Notes: generated by a model from the sequence alone, not told the origin. A stretch of DNA of 64,000 nt from an uncultured Pelagibacteraceae bacterium (GCA_902587315.1 CACIKW010000001.1:29844-93843); one strand, 5' to 3'; shown: positions 18,266 through 28,658, numbered from the stretch's first letter. Numbers and translations are program-made.

Positions 18266-19339
18266 TTAAAGTTTGACTCCAGCTCCTTTTAGAAATTTTG
18301 CTTTTTCATCTAATGCCCATCTTGGATTTACTTTAAAATCTAAACCATCAAATAATCCTAATTTATATTTTTCAAGACCAACCATGGCTATCATAGCAGC
18401 ATTATCACTACAAAGACTAATTTCTGGAAAAATAGTTTCAAAATTGTGTTCTTTACTTAATTTATTAAGGATATTTCTTATTCCTTTATTTGCAGCAACA
18501 CCGCCCGCTATAACGAAAATATTTTTATTATTTTTATTTTTTTTTTTAAACTCTTTGAATGCTATCTTAGTTTTTTCATGTAAAATTTTTTCAATCGTTT
18601 TTTGGAATGATGAAGCTAAATTAAATTTTTCTTCATTAGATCTAATATTTTTTGCAATTCTTAAAACTGCAGTTTTTAATCCTGCAAAGGATAAATTACA
18701 CCCACCTTTGTTTAATATAGGTTTTGGAAGTTTAAATTGATTTGGATTACCAATTTCTGCTAACTTTTCGATTTTTGGTCCTCCTGGAAATTCAATCCCA
18801 AGCAGTTTGGCTGTTTTGTCATATGCTTCTCCTAACGCATCATCAATTGTAGTTCCTAATCTTTCGTAGTGACCCAAACCTTTAACACACAAGTATTGTG
18901 TATGTCCTCCCGAAATTAATAATAACAAATACGGATAATCTATTTTTGAATTTAGTTTTGGACTTAATGCATGACCTTCTAGATGATTTACAGCGATAAA
19001 GGGCTTATTTAAAGATTTAGAAAAAGTTTTTCCAAAATTCAATCCAACAGTTAAACAAACAATTAATCCTGGACCCGCAGTTGCTGCAACTGCATCAATG
19101 TCGTTTATACTTGTTCCACTTTTTTTAAATGCTTCTTTTGTAATTAAATCAATTTTTTCAGCGTGTGATCTGGCAGCTAACTCAGGCACTACACCACCAA
19201 ATTCTTTGTGTACATCAAATTGACTCGAGACTATATTTGACAATATTTTTGGTATATTGTTTTCTTCTCCCTCTATAATTGCAGCCGCAGTTTCATCACA
19301 GCTAGTTTCTATTCCAAGTATTATAGGATTTTTTTTCAC
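18266..19339 (-). CDS. tsaD: tRNA N6-threonylcarbamoyltransferase TsaD
   Basis: LGIETSCDET, GGVVPELAARSH, VNHLEGH, ISGGHT, GGVAAN, CSDNAAMI. Confidence 0.97.
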   Translation of the reverse strand: MKKNPIILGIETSCDETAAAIIEGEENNIPKILSNIVSSQFDVHKEFGGVVPELAARSHAEKIDLITKEAFKKSGTSINDIDAVAATAGPGLIVCLTVGLNFGKTFSKSLNKPFIAVNHLEGHALSPKLNSKIDYPYLLLLISGGHTQYLCVKGLGHYERLGTTIDDALGEAYDKTAKLLGIEFPGGPKIEKLAEIGNPNQFKLPKPILNKGGCNLSFAGLKTAVLRIAKNIRSNEEKFNLASSFQKTIEKILHEKTKIAFKEFKKKNKNNKNIFVIAGGVAANKGIRNILNKLSKEHNFETIFPEISLCSDNAAMIAMVGLEKYKLGLFDGLDFKVNPRWALDEKAKFLKGAGVKL

Positions 19340-19396
19340 AAATTTTTTTTTTAATTAATATAATTAAACTATAAGTATTAAATATAAATAAATATT

Positions 19397-20305
19397 ATGA
19401 AAGAAGAGAAGATAATTATTGGATCAAGAGGAAGCAAATTAGCTCTTATTTATGCAGATAAGGTCAAAAACAAATTAAGAGAGAATTTTTCAAACCAAAT
19501 TGAAATAAAATCAATAATTACAGATGGAGATACAAACCAAAAAGACAGACTTTCAGAATTGGGTGGTAAAGGCTTGTTTTCAAAAAAAATCGAATCAGAA
19601 TTACTAGAAAATAAAATCGATATGGCGGTTCATGCACTGAAAGATATGCCAGGTATTGAAACTCAAGGCTTAACTACAAATTGTTTTTTAAAGAGAAATT
19701 ATATAAATGAAATACTGATTAGTAAAAATAATATTAAATTTAATAAACTTAAGTCCAAATCAATAATTGGAACATCTTCTTATAGAAGGGAATATCAACT
19801 TAAGAATATTAGAAAGGATTTAAATTATAAATTGATTAGAGGAAATGTTGATACGAGAATAAAAAAATTAAATGAAGGTTTATATGATGCAATTATCTTA
19901 TCCAAAGCTGGGATTGACTCATTAAATTTAAATAATCATATAACACAAGAATTTTCAATTGAAGAAATAGTACCTAGTGCGGGACAAGGTGTGATAGCAG
20001 TTCAGTGTAGAAATGACGATGAAAAGATAAAAAAAATTTTAAAAAAAATAAATCATGAAGAAACCAGAACTTGTTGTCTTGCAGAAAGAGAATTACTAAA
20101 GACTTTGGAAGGAGATTGTAACACAGCAATTGGTGCAATTTCTACCATTAAAAAAAATTCTATTACACTTACCGTTGAATTATTTTCAACAGATGGGAAA
20201 AATAGATATTTTATTAAAGACTCAAAAGATTTAAGTTTAGCCAAAGAACTTGGAAATGAAATTGGTGAATTATTAAAAAAAAAATCTAAAGGATCTTACA
20301 AATAG
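19397..20305 (+). CDS. hemC: hydroxymethylbilane synthase
   Basis: IGSRGSKLA, GGKGLF, AVHALKD, IRGNVDTR, PSAGQG, LEGDC. Confidence 0.96.
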   Translation: MKEEKIIIGSRGSKLALIYADKVKNKLRENFSNQIEIKSIITDGDTNQKDRLSELGGKGLFSKKIESELLENKIDMAVHALKDMPGIETQGLTTNCFLKRNYINEILISKNNIKFNKLKSKSIIGTSSYRREYQLKNIRKDLNYKLIRGNVDTRIKKLNEGLYDAIILSKAGIDSLNLNNHITQEFSIEEIVPSAGQGVIAVQCRNDDEKIKKILKKINHEETRTCCLAERELLKTLEGDCNTAIGAISTIKKNSITLTVELFSTDGKNRYFIKDSKDLSLAKELGNEIGELLKKKSKGSYK

Positions 20306-20309
20306 TAAA

Positions 20310-21008
20310 ATGCATATATTATTAACTAGACCGATTGAAGACTGTGAGAATTTAATTCTAAAATTTAGAAATCTCGGACATAAAGTTTCACATTTTCCTG
20401 TGATTAAAATAAAAAAAAAGAAATACAATCCAATTAATTTTTCAGAATATAATTGTTTTATTTTTACAAGCGCAAATGCAATTAAAAATTTAAATTTAAG
20501 TGGAATAAACAAAAATACCAATTGTTTTTGTGTTGGTAATGCAACTGAAAAAATGGCACTATCTTTTGGTTTCCAAAACGTATTTTCCGCAGAAGGCAAT
20601 GTAAACAATTTAAAGGAATTAGTTTTACAAAATATAAATAAAAAAGACAGCAAAATGCTATATGTAAGTGGCGAAATTGTATCTTCTGACTTAGATAGGG
20701 ATTTAATTAAAGAAGGGTACAAAATTGAGAGACTTATCAATTATTCTGTAGAGCCAATTGAGAAACTAGATGTTGATTTTATAGAAAAATTAAAAAAAAA
20801 CATACCAGAAATAGTATTTATTTATTCACAAAATAGTGGAAATAATTTCTTAAATTTAATCAATAAATACGAATTAGTTGACTATTGGATGAATACTAAC
20901 TTAATGTGCATAGGGGAAAAAACTTCATCTTCTTTAAACAAGATAAAATGGAAGAAGATTTTTTTGTTTAACCCCGGAGAGGAAGAATTTTTGTTAAATA
21001 GATTGTAA
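20310..21008 (+). CDS. hemD: uroporphyrinogen-III synthase
   Basis: ILLTRP, FTSANA, CVG.AT; follows hemC. Confidence 0.88.
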   Translation: MHILLTRPIEDCENLILKFRNLGHKVSHFPVIKIKKKKYNPINFSEYNCFIFTSANAIKNLNLSGINKNTNCFCVGNATEKMALSFGFQNVFSAEGNVNNLKELVLQNINKKDSKMLYVSGEIVSSDLDRDLIKEGYKIERLINYSVEPIEKLDVDFIEKLKKNIPEIVFIYSQNSGNNFLNLINKYELVDYWMNTNLMCIGEKTSSSLNKIKWKKIFLFNPGEEEFLLNRL

Positions 21009-21010
21009 TT

Positions 21011-22096
21011 ATGGAAGCAATTAAAAACTTAAAAGATTTATTTATTTCAGTTTGGGGAAAAGGAATTTTAGGTATCAACTTTGTTGAAATAATTATTGGA
21101 CTTATAATATTTTTAATTTTTCTAATTTTTAGAGGACTAATTGGGAGATTAATCGTTAAAAAATTAAAACTTATTTCGAAAAAAACCACAAATAAATTAG
21201 ACGATAATTTTGTAAAAGCTATGGAGGGTCCTGCAAGATTTTTACCTATAGTTCTAGGTTTTTTCTTTGCAAGTTATTACATGAGCTTTACCGAAGGAAC
21301 TCAAAACTTTGTAGAAGATGTTAATAGAACATTAATAACAATTTTAATATTTTGGATTATGCATCAAATTATAGAACCCGTATCTTATATAATGAGTGGC
21401 CTTAATAAATTATTAACAAAAGAATTAATAGGATGGATAATTAAATCATTAAAAATATTAATATTAATTTTAGGAGTAGCAGCAGTTCTTGAATTATGGG
21501 GAATAAAAATAGGACCTATCATTGCTGGTTTGGGTTTGTTTGGTGTTGCAGTAGCTCTAGGAGCACAAGATTTATTTAAAAATTTAATATCTGGAATTTT
21601 AGTTTTGATAGAAAAAAGATTCAAAGTAGGCGACTGGATACTAGTTGACGAAATTATAGAGGGAATAGTTGAAAAAATTGGATTTAGATCAACAACAATT
21701 AGGAAATTTGATAAATCGATTGCAATAATACCAAACTTTCAGTTCGCTGAAAATGCTGTAATAAATATTAGTGAAACTACAAGTTGGATTATAAGTTGGA
21801 CTATAAATTTACAGTATGACACCACAGTAGAACAACTAAAAACTATAAGAAATGAAATTGAAAATTATATTAAAAGCCACGAAGATTATAAAACAGAAAA
21901 TGGATATGCTGTAAGAATAGACAAGTTTTCAGACAGTTCCATTGATATGTATATAAGATGTTTTACAAAAACCGATGACTGGGATGAATGGCTAGCAGTT
22001 AAGGAAAGACTTGCAATTGAAATAAAACAAATAGTTGAAAAAAACAAAGCATCTTTTGCATTTCCAAGCCAATCTATTTATGTTGAAAAAAAATGA
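21011..22096 (+). CDS. mechanosensitive ion channel, MscS family
   Basis: GLGLFGVAVALGAQD..KN, F.VGDWI, G.VE.IGFRSTTIR, IPN, FAFPSQ. Confidence 0.92.
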   Translation: MEAIKNLKDLFISVWGKGILGINFVEIIIGLIIFLIFLIFRGLIGRLIVKKLKLISKKTTNKLDDNFVKAMEGPARFLPIVLGFFFASYYMSFTEGTQNFVEDVNRTLITILIFWIMHQIIEPVSYIMSGLNKLLTKELIGWIIKSLKILILILGVAAVLELWGIKIGPIIAGLGLFGVAVALGAQDLFKNLISGILVLIEKRFKVGDWILVDEIIEGIVEKIGFRSTTIRKFDKSIAIIPNFQFAENAVINISETTSWIISWTINLQYDTTVEQLKTIRNEIENYIKSHEDYKTENGYAVRIDKFSDSSIDMYIRCFTKTDDWDEWLAVKERLAIEIKQIVEKNKASFAFPSQSIYVEKK

Positions 22097-22383
22097 TTGC
22101 TATTTTCTATTTAGTTTTACAAATACTAAAAATTTATTCTTATGTAGTAATAGCAAATGTAATTATTAGTTGGTTGATAGCTTTCAATGTCCTAAATACA
22201 TCGAATAAATTTGTATATTCGGTTCTAGATTTTACCTACCGATTAACAGATCCTATTTTAAATAAGATAAGAAGATTTTTACCTAATTTAGGCACTTTTG
22301 ATATTTCACCAATAATTCTTCTTTTATTGATTTGGTTTATTGAAATGTGTATGAAGCTTTACTTAGCACCATTAATTTTTTAG
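22093..22383 (+). CDS. yggT: YggT family membrane protein
   Basis: ISWLIAFNV.N..N, LTDP.L..IRRFLP..G..DISPI. Confidence 0.9.
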   Translation: MIAIFYLVLQILKIYSYVVIANVIISWLIAFNVLNTSNKFVYSVLDFTYRLTDPILNKIRRFLPNLGTFDISPIILLLLIWFIEMCMKLYLAPLIF

Positions 22384-22390
22384 TTAATTT

Positions 22391-23239
22391 ATGATTTTAA
22401 TAGACGGAAAAAAAGAAGCGGCAGAATTAAGAGAAAGATTAAAGAAAGAAGTTTCTGAATTAAAATCTAAATATAATAAAGTACCAGGATTAACTGTAAT
22501 TTTAATAGGCGATATGGCACCAAGCCAAATTTATGTTCGTATGAAAGAAAAAGCTGCAAATGAAGCGGGCTTGAAATCTGAGGTTGTAAGATATCCAGAC
22601 TCTATAGAAGAAAAAAAAGTTTTAGATAAGATTAATGAACTAAATAAAGATGACAGTGTATCGGGTATTTTAGTTCAACTACCATTACCAAAACATATTG
22701 ATAAACAAAAGGTTATAGAAGCAATTTTACCAAGTAAAGATGTTGATGGATTTCATCCTATGAATGTTGGGAATTTATCTTCAGGTTATGAGAGCTTAGT
22801 TCCTTGTACACCTCTTGGATGTTATTTATTAATTAAAAAAATTGAACCTAATTTAAATGGAAAAAAAGCAGTTATTGTTGGTAGATCAAATTTAAATGGA
22901 AAACCAATGACTCAACTTCTTTTAAAAGAAAATTGTACAGTTACAATTACACACTCTAAAACAAAAGATCTAAAAAGTGAATGTTTACAAGGTGATATTA
23001 TAGTTGCAGCAGTTGGAATGCCTGAACTTATTAAAGGTGACTGGGTTAAAAAAGATGCAATCGTAATTGATGTAGGAATTAATAAAACTGATAAAGGAAT
23101 TATTGGTGACGTTGCATTTGATGAAGTTTCAAAAGTTGCAAAAGCCTTAACACCTGTTCCAGGTGGTGTTGGTCCTATGACCATTGCTTGTTTATTAAAA
23201 AATACTATTAAATGTTTTAAAAGATCGCAAAAAAATTAA
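22391..23239 (+). CDS. folD: methylenetetrahydrofolate dehydrogenase/cyclohydrolase
   Basis: GILVQLPLP, KDVDGFHP, PCTP.G, TPVPGGVGPMT. Confidence 0.97.
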   Translation: MILIDGKKEAAELRERLKKEVSELKSKYNKVPGLTVILIGDMAPSQIYVRMKEKAANEAGLKSEVVRYPDSIEEKKVLDKINELNKDDSVSGILVQLPLPKHIDKQKVIEAILPSKDVDGFHPMNVGNLSSGYESLVPCTPLGCYLLIKKIEPNLNGKKAVIVGRSNLNGKPMTQLLLKENCTVTITHSKTKDLKSECLQGDIIVAAVGMPELIKGDWVKKDAIVIDVGINKTDKGIIGDVAFDEVSKVAKALTPVPGGVGPMTIACLLKNTIKCFKRSQKN

Positions 23240-23240
23240 T

Positions 23241-23666
23241 ATGTCAAATTCAATTAGGTGGATTATATTTGTTACTGGATGGATGACATTTAGAGCAATC
23301 GGTTCTAGTTTATTTTTATTTTGGAACATAACTGGAAATGAAAGAGGAGCACCCCCGGAATGGGTTTTGGCATTAATTGGAGATTTTATAATTGGTACAA
23401 CAGCATTTTTTTTAGTTTATTGTATATTAAAAAAACCCTCTTATTTAATTTGGGGATTATTACTTTCTTGGAATATTTTAGGACTTATAGATTTACTTGG
23501 TGCTATAAGAACCAGTTTATTAGTACCTTTCGGCCCAATACCAGAAATGGGCTTAACAAGTTTAGGTGTGAGATCTATTTTGATTTTAAATACTTTTTTA
23601 CAAATATCTTGCATATATTTACTATTTAAGGATAGCGTTAGAAACTATTTTAAAAATTATACATAA
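23241..23666 (+). CDS. hypothetical membrane protein (~4 TM)
   Basis: 141-aa hydrophobic ORF filling the folD-argG gap; GD..IG and WN.LG..D motifs. Confidence 0.6.
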   Translation: MSNSIRWIIFVTGWMTFRAIGSSLFLFWNITGNERGAPPEWVLALIGDFIIGTTAFFLVYCILKKPSYLIWGLLLSWNILGLIDLLGAIRTSLLVPFGPIPEMGLTSLGVRSILILNTFLQISCIYLLFKDSVRNYFKNYT

Positions 23667-23678
23667 ATTTTACTGAAT

Positions 23679-24866
23679 TTATTTTTTTAAATTTTTTTTA
23701 TGAAAATTAATAAATCTTTCAACGTTAGATTTATTGAATGTTTTATTTTCTTCAAAAGAAACCTTTTTCATTGAATAAGCATTACTTTTAGTTTGTCTAG
23801 ATACAATTGTAATATTACCTTTGTATAGTTTAAGCTTAACAGATCCGTTGACTTTACTTCTTTTTAGATCAACAATTTTTTGAAGCTTAAATCTTGCTTT
23901 TGAATACCAATAACCATTATAAATAAGTTCTGCATATTTTGGCATTATTTCATCTTTTTTATGCATAGTTTCTTTATCTAAAGTTACAGATTCCATTGCT
24001 CTATGAGCATTAATTAATAAAGTTCCACCGGGAGTTTCGTATACACCTCTTGATTTTATTCCAATAAATCTATTTTCAACCAGATCAACTCTACCAATTC
24101 CATTTTTACCAGCCAATATATTTAACTTTTCTAATAGTTTTGAAGGTGTTAATTTTTTTCCATTAATAGCTATAGGATCTCCCTTTTTAAATCCTATGGT
24201 TACAAAAGATGCTTTGTTAGGTGCTTTTTCTGGAGAAGTTGTTCTTTGAAAAATAAATTCGGGAGCTGGACTTTTAGGATTTTCTAAAACTTTTCCTTCT
24301 GTTGATGTATGGAATAAATTATCGTCCACTGAAAATGGCGGAGCTCCCTTTTTATCTTTAGGAATAGGTATTTTATTTTTTTTTGCATAATTAATTAAAT
24401 CAGTTCTAGACTTAAGTTTCCAAATTCTCCAAGGAGCTATTATTTTTATTTTTTGTCCGAAGTAATGATAGCCAAGTTCAAACCTTACCTGGTCGTTACC
24501 TTTGCCCGTAGAACCATGAGAAACAGCATAAGCTTTGAATTTTTTAGCAACTCTAATTTGATCTTTAGCAATTAATGGTCTTGCAATAGAGGTTCCTAAT
24601 AAATAAATACCTTCATAAACAGCATGTCCCCTTATCATTGGGTAAACATAATTTTTTACAAAAATATCTTTCAGATCTTTTATTATTATTTTTTTTACTC
24701 CAAGTTTTTTTGCATTTTTAATTATTTTTTCTTTATTAATTTCTTGACCAATATCAGCTGTATAAGCAATAACTTCTGCATTATAATTTTTTTGAAGCCA
24801 CTTTAATATAATTGATGTATCAAGTCCTCCTGAATAGGCTAGGACTATTTTTTTCTTTACCTTCAT
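23679..24866 (-). CDS. argG: argininosuccinate synthase
   Basis: LAYSGGLDTS, GTSIARP, HGSTGKGNDQVRFE, SRGVYETPG. Confidence 0.97.
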   Translation of the reverse strand: MKVKKKIVLAYSGGLDTSIILKWLQKNYNAEVIAYTADIGQEINKEKIIKNAKKLGVKKIIIKDLKDIFVKNYVYPMIRGHAVYEGIYLLGTSIARPLIAKDQIRVAKKFKAYAVSHGSTGKGNDQVRFELGYHYFGQKIKIIAPWRIWKLKSRTDLINYAKKNKIPIPKDKKGAPPFSVDDNLFHTSTEGKVLENPKSPAPEFIFQRTTSPEKAPNKASFVTIGFKKGDPIAINGKKLTPSKLLEKLNILAGKNGIGRVDLVENRFIGIKSRGVYETPGGTLLINAHRAMESVTLDKETMHKKDEIMPKYAELIYNGYWYSKARFKLQKIVDLKRSKVNGSVKLKLYKGNITIVSRQTKSNAYSMKKVSFEENKTFNKSNVERFINFHKKNLKK

Positions 24867-24871
24867 TTATT

Positions 24872-25384
24872 TTAAGTGCAATTTTTTTTGGCGGCGCTGT
24901 AAGCTTTTGTAAAACCCAACAAAGAATAATGATCAATTGTTTGTGATCCAGACTTATTAAATCCTGTAACCATAATTCTAGATCCTTTTTTCATCGTTCG
25001 TATCATTTTTTTTTCAATTTTATTATCAGCTATCCAGGCAAATCCTTCTTGAGATATATCAAATTTATATTTATTTTTACCCGATTTAGCTCTTATTGAA
25101 TTTTGAGTATTATATTCATATCCTGATGTTGTGCTAATTTCATCTGCAATGTTGTCTTTTGGCCTAAAGCTTACAAATAATCTTGCTTCCCTATTCTCAC
25201 CTTTTGGAGATTGCAAAACAGGTTTTGTTTGAGCAAAACAAACTTTTTCTGAATTATTAATTAAAACCATCACTTCCCAATCTTTAAATTTACCAATTTT
25301 TTTTAATTCTTCAGAATAAACTAGAGTAGTATTTAAAAAAAATAATAAAAAAAAACCTATTAGTGTATTTTTAATTAAGGACAT
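24872..25384 (-). CDS. invasion-associated locus B (IalB) family periplasmic protein
   Basis: Signal peptide, FKDW, CFA...P, MKKG, YSL.GFTKAY....C. Confidence 0.75.
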   Translation of the reverse strand: MSLIKNTLIGFFLLFFLNTTLVYSEELKKIGKFKDWEVMVLINNSEKVCFAQTKPVLQSPKGENREARLFVSFRPKDNIADEISTTSGYEYNTQNSIRAKSGKNKYKFDISQEGFAWIADNKIEKKMIRTMKKGSRIMVTGFNKSGSQTIDHYSLLGFTKAYSAAKKNCT

Positions 25385-26415
25385 GGGTTTGGGTAAATTT
25401 TTTGAACTTCATTAATTTCTTTAATAATTTCATCAGTTAATTTTACATTTACACTTTCCATATCAGTTTTCAACTGCTCCATAGTAGTAGCACCAATAAT
25501 TACACTTGTCATAAATGGCTGGATTTCACAAAATTTTAACGACATTTGACTCATATCAAGATTATACTTTTTACTTATTTTGTAATATTCTTCTACTGCA
25601 TTTTTCAAGTTGGGCGTGTTGTATCTATATTTCCAAAAATCCCAATCTCTTTCCATTCTAGATCCTTTTGGATATGTCTCATTTCTATATTTTCCACTCA
25701 AGTATCCACTTGCCAAAGGAGAATAAGCTAGTAATCCAATTTGTTCTCTAATAGAAACCTCAGCTAAACCAATTTCATAAGTTCTATTTAATAAGCTATA
25801 AGGATTTTGAACTGACATCATTCTGGGCAAATTTTGATCTTTTGAAATTTCTAGAAATTTTTTAACACCCCATGCAGTTTCATTAGATAAACCAACTTCT
25901 CGTATTTTTCCAGTATCAATAAATTTTTTTAGATTTCCAAGTACATCTTCAAATTTATTCCAATAACCATTGTCCTTATGTTCATAACCCAGTTTTCCAA
26001 ACGTGTTTGTATTTCTTTCGGGCCAGTGTAATTGATATAGATCTATGTAATCTGTTTGTAATCTTTTTAGGCTACCATTTATAGCTTCAGTCATTTTTTC
26101 TATACCATAATTATTTCCACCTCCTCTTAAATATTCTCTCATGGGACCAGCTACTTTTGTTGCTAAAATAACTTTCTCTCTTTTTTTTGATTTTTTAAAC
26201 CAATTTCCAATTATAATTTCTGTATGACCATAAGTTTCTTTTTTTGGAGGAACAGAATAAAGTTCTGCAGTATCCCAAAAATTTACACCTTGATCTAAAG
26301 CATAATCCATTTGTTCAAAACCTTCGTTTTGAGTATTTTGTTCTCCCCAAGTCATAGTACCCAAGCAAATAGTGCTTACATTAAGTTCAGTATTTCCTAA
26401 TTTTCTATAATTCAT
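25375..26415 (-). CDS. aldo/keto reductase (Tas-like)
   Basis: LGTMTWGEQN, DTAELY.VPP, DYIDLYQLHWP, GLSNET.WG, QNPYSLLNR, YPNPCP. Confidence 0.93.
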   Translation of the reverse strand: MNYRKLGNTELNVSTICLGTMTWGEQNTQNEGFEQMDYALDQGVNFWDTAELYSVPPKKETYGHTEIIIGNWFKKSKKREKVILATKVAGPMREYLRGGGNNYGIEKMTEAINGSLKRLQTDYIDLYQLHWPERNTNTFGKLGYEHKDNGYWNKFEDVLGNLKKFIDTGKIREVGLSNETAWGVKKFLEISKDQNLPRMMSVQNPYSLLNRTYEIGLAEVSIREQIGLLAYSPLASGYLSGKYRNETYPKGSRMERDWDFWKYRYNTPNLKNAVEEYYKISKKYNLDMSQMSLKFCEIQPFMTSVIIGATTMEQLKTDMESVNVKLTDEIIKEINEVQKIYPNPCP

Positions 26416-26486
26416 TGAATTTTTATTATTTTTTTAAATTTTTATGACATCTTGAATAAATAGTAAAAGGCTATTATATAAATGTT

Positions 26487-27248
26487 ATGGAATTTAATAA
26501 AGAAAACATCTTAAACAAAGTAAAGGTAGCTCAACAAAAGACAGTTGTAATGGATGAAGGCCTAAGAGCCTACATGTTAAAAGTATATAACTACATGGCA
26601 ACTGGAATTCTCTTAACTGGAATTATAGCACTAATGTCTTTCAAAATGTCAGTAGTAACTGACGCAAGTGGTGCAATATCTGGATTTACAAGTTTTGGAA
26701 ATGCATTATTTTTTTCGGGATTAAAATGGATTGTGATGCTGGCGCCTTTGGGAATAGTTTTTTATATGAGTTTTGGAATAAATAAAATGAGCGCAGCTAA
26801 AGCACAAACGGTATTTTGGGTATTTGCTGCCCTTATGGGTTTATCGTTGTCTTGGATACTATTAGTTTATACAGGAGTAAGTGTTGCGAGAGTATTCTTT
26901 ATAACTTCTGCAACTTTCGGTGCTATGAGCATATATGGGTATACGACTAAAAGAGATTTGACAAAAATGGGATCCTTTTTAATGATGGGCCTAATTGGAA
27001 TTATAATAGCTTCTCTAGTAAATATATTTTTAAAATCATCAATGATGTATTTTGTAATTTCAATTTTAGGAGTTTTAATTTTTGTTGGCCTAACAGCATA
27101 TGATACACAAAAAATTAAGAATATGTATGCAGCTTCTGATACTGGAGAGTTAATGGGAAAAAAAGCTGTTATGGGCGCATTAACTTTATATTTAGATTTT
27201 ATTAATTTATTTATAATGCTTCTAAGACTTTTCGGCCAAAGAAGATAA
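26487..27248 (+). CDS. Bax inhibitor-1/YccA family membrane protein
   Basis: DEGLRAYMLKVYNYM, YGYTTKRDL, AYDTQKIK, GAL.LYLDFINLF. Confidence 0.93.
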   Translation: MEFNKENILNKVKVAQQKTVVMDEGLRAYMLKVYNYMATGILLTGIIALMSFKMSVVTDASGAISGFTSFGNALFFSGLKWIVMLAPLGIVFYMSFGINKMSAAKAQTVFWVFAALMGLSLSWILLVYTGVSVARVFFITSATFGAMSIYGYTTKRDLTKMGSFLMMGLIGIIIASLVNIFLKSSMMYFVISILGVLIFVGLTAYDTQKIKNMYAASDTGELMGKKAVMGALTLYLDFINLFIMLLRLFGQRR

Positions 27249-27587
27249 TTATAATTTTTTCCAATTAATATTTTTCAGTAGGTTTTGAAGGTTATTAGAA
27301 TTTTTTAATATTTTTCCATTAGTATCAGTAATTAAATATTTTAAATTTTTATTACCAGGTTTAAAATTTTTACAAATTTTATACATCTCGTTTTCTGCAG
27401 CATTTTTAAAAATACTAAATCCCACTTGTTTACTTGAAATAGTTAAACCATAATCTTTCCAAGATCCGTGAGAAACCATTTTAGCATACAAATCTAATAT
27501 TATTTTTAGTTCATCTTTTTCAAAAAAATGTCTTTGTTCTTTTTCTGATAGAGTATTATTTATTATTAATTTTAAATTCTTGTTCAT
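27249..27587 (-). CDS. DUF2794 family protein
   Basis: F...EL..IL.LY..MV..G.WKDY motif. Confidence 0.75.
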   Translation of the reverse strand: MNKNLKLIINNTLSEKEQRHFFEKDELKIILDLYAKMVSHGSWKDYGLTISSKQVGFSIFKNAAENEMYKICKNFKPGNKNLKYLITDTNGKILKNSNNLQNLLKNINWKKL

Positions 27588-28131
27588 CTAATTTGTATTT
27601 ATTAATTATGTTTACTTGGAAAACTGCAAAAACAAATGTTATTGGCAAAAGACCCCATACTTTAAAATTTACCCAAAATTCTTCTGATTGAGTTCTCCAT
27701 ACCAATTCGTTTATAATGGCCAGACAAAAGAAAAAATACATCCATCTCACATTTAATACTTTCCATCCTTGATCATTTAATTTAATTGATTTACCAAGAA
27801 TTTTTTTTAGAACTGGTTCATTGCTAAAAAATTTACCAAAAAACAAAGCAATACCAAATAATATATTTATTATAGTTGGCTTCATATATATGAAAATTGG
27901 GTTATCAAAATAAATAGTTAGTCCACCAAAAAAAGAAATTAATATTCCTCCCAATAAAGGAACATACGGTATTTTTTTTTCAACAAACCAAACAATTATA
28001 ACTGCTAATATAGTTGCAATAATAAGCGGAGGAATTGCAACTCTTAGATTTTTTCCACTGTTATAATAAATTATAAAGAATATTAATAAGGGGCCAAAAT
28101 CTGTGAGGAATTTAATGATAGACCTTTTCAC
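27556..28131 (-). CDS. yciB: inner membrane protein YciB/IspZ
   Basis: DFGPL..FF, FGGLT, FIYMKPTI, NELVWR, WVNFKVWG. Confidence 0.92.
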   Translation of the reverse strand: MKRSIIKFLTDFGPLLIFFIIYYNSGKNLRVAIPPLIIATILAVIIVWFVEKKIPYVPLLGGILISFFGGLTIYFDNPIFIYMKPTIINILFGIALFFGKFFSNEPVLKKILGKSIKLNDQGWKVLNVRWMYFFFCLAIINELVWRTQSEEFWVNFKVWGLLPITFVFAVFQVNIINKYKLDEQEFKINNK

Positions 28132-28174
28132 GGGGACATATTAACAGAATAATAAAATATTCACATTTTTTTTA

Positions 28175-28201
28175 TTGATTTTTATAATTAAATATCCATA
28201 T
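28175..28201 (+). promoter_or_regulatory. possible sigma32 (RpoH)-type promoter of hspQ
   Basis: TTGA (28175) ... CCATAT (28196-28201) just before a heat-shock gene; the transcript would be nearly leaderless. Confidence 0.35.
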
Positions 28202-28209
28202 TTATAGCT

Positions 28210-28530
28210 GTGAGTATTCAGAAAGCAAAATTTTCAATAGGCGATGTGGTTAAGCATAAGCATTTTGACTTTAGAGGTGTGATTTATGATGTTGATTTTG
28301 AATTTAATAATTCAGAGGAATGGTACCAGTCAATTCCCAAAAAGGTTAGACCTAGGAAAGATCAGCCTTTTTATCATTTGCTTGCAGAAAATGAAGATAT
28401 AACCTACGAAGCTTATGTATCTGAGCAAAACTTAATCGCGGATGAATCTGAAGAACCAATAAAACATCCTTTAATAAATGAAATATTTTCTGGCAAAAAA
28501 GGATCAAGTTATTTTAAACCTTCAAACTAG
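28210..28530 (+). CDS. hspQ: heat shock protein HspQ (YccV domain)
   Basis: AKF.IG.VVKH..F.FRGVI.DVD, RPRKDQPFYHLLAEN, AYVSEQNL. Confidence 0.93.
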   Translation: MSIQKAKFSIGDVVKHKHFDFRGVIYDVDFEFNNSEEWYQSIPKKVRPRKDQPFYHLLAENEDITYEAYVSEQNLIADESEEPIKHPLINEIFSGKKGSSYFKPSN

Positions 28531-28600
28531 AATAAAAGTCAATTTTTAAACACAATTAATTCAAATCTTAGACATAAGAATAAGTTAAATATTAATTAAT

Positions 28601-28658
28601 TTCGATCAAGGGCACTATTCCATTCCCTTATTTATCTCCCTCAGTGTTCTTGATCGAG
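28601..28658 (+). ncRNA. candidate structured RNA (15-bp stem, CU-rich loop)
   Basis: TCGATCAAGGGCACT (28602-28616) pairs with AGTGTTCTTGATCGA (28643-28657) using two G-U pairs, which only work on the + strand. Confidence 0.55.
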
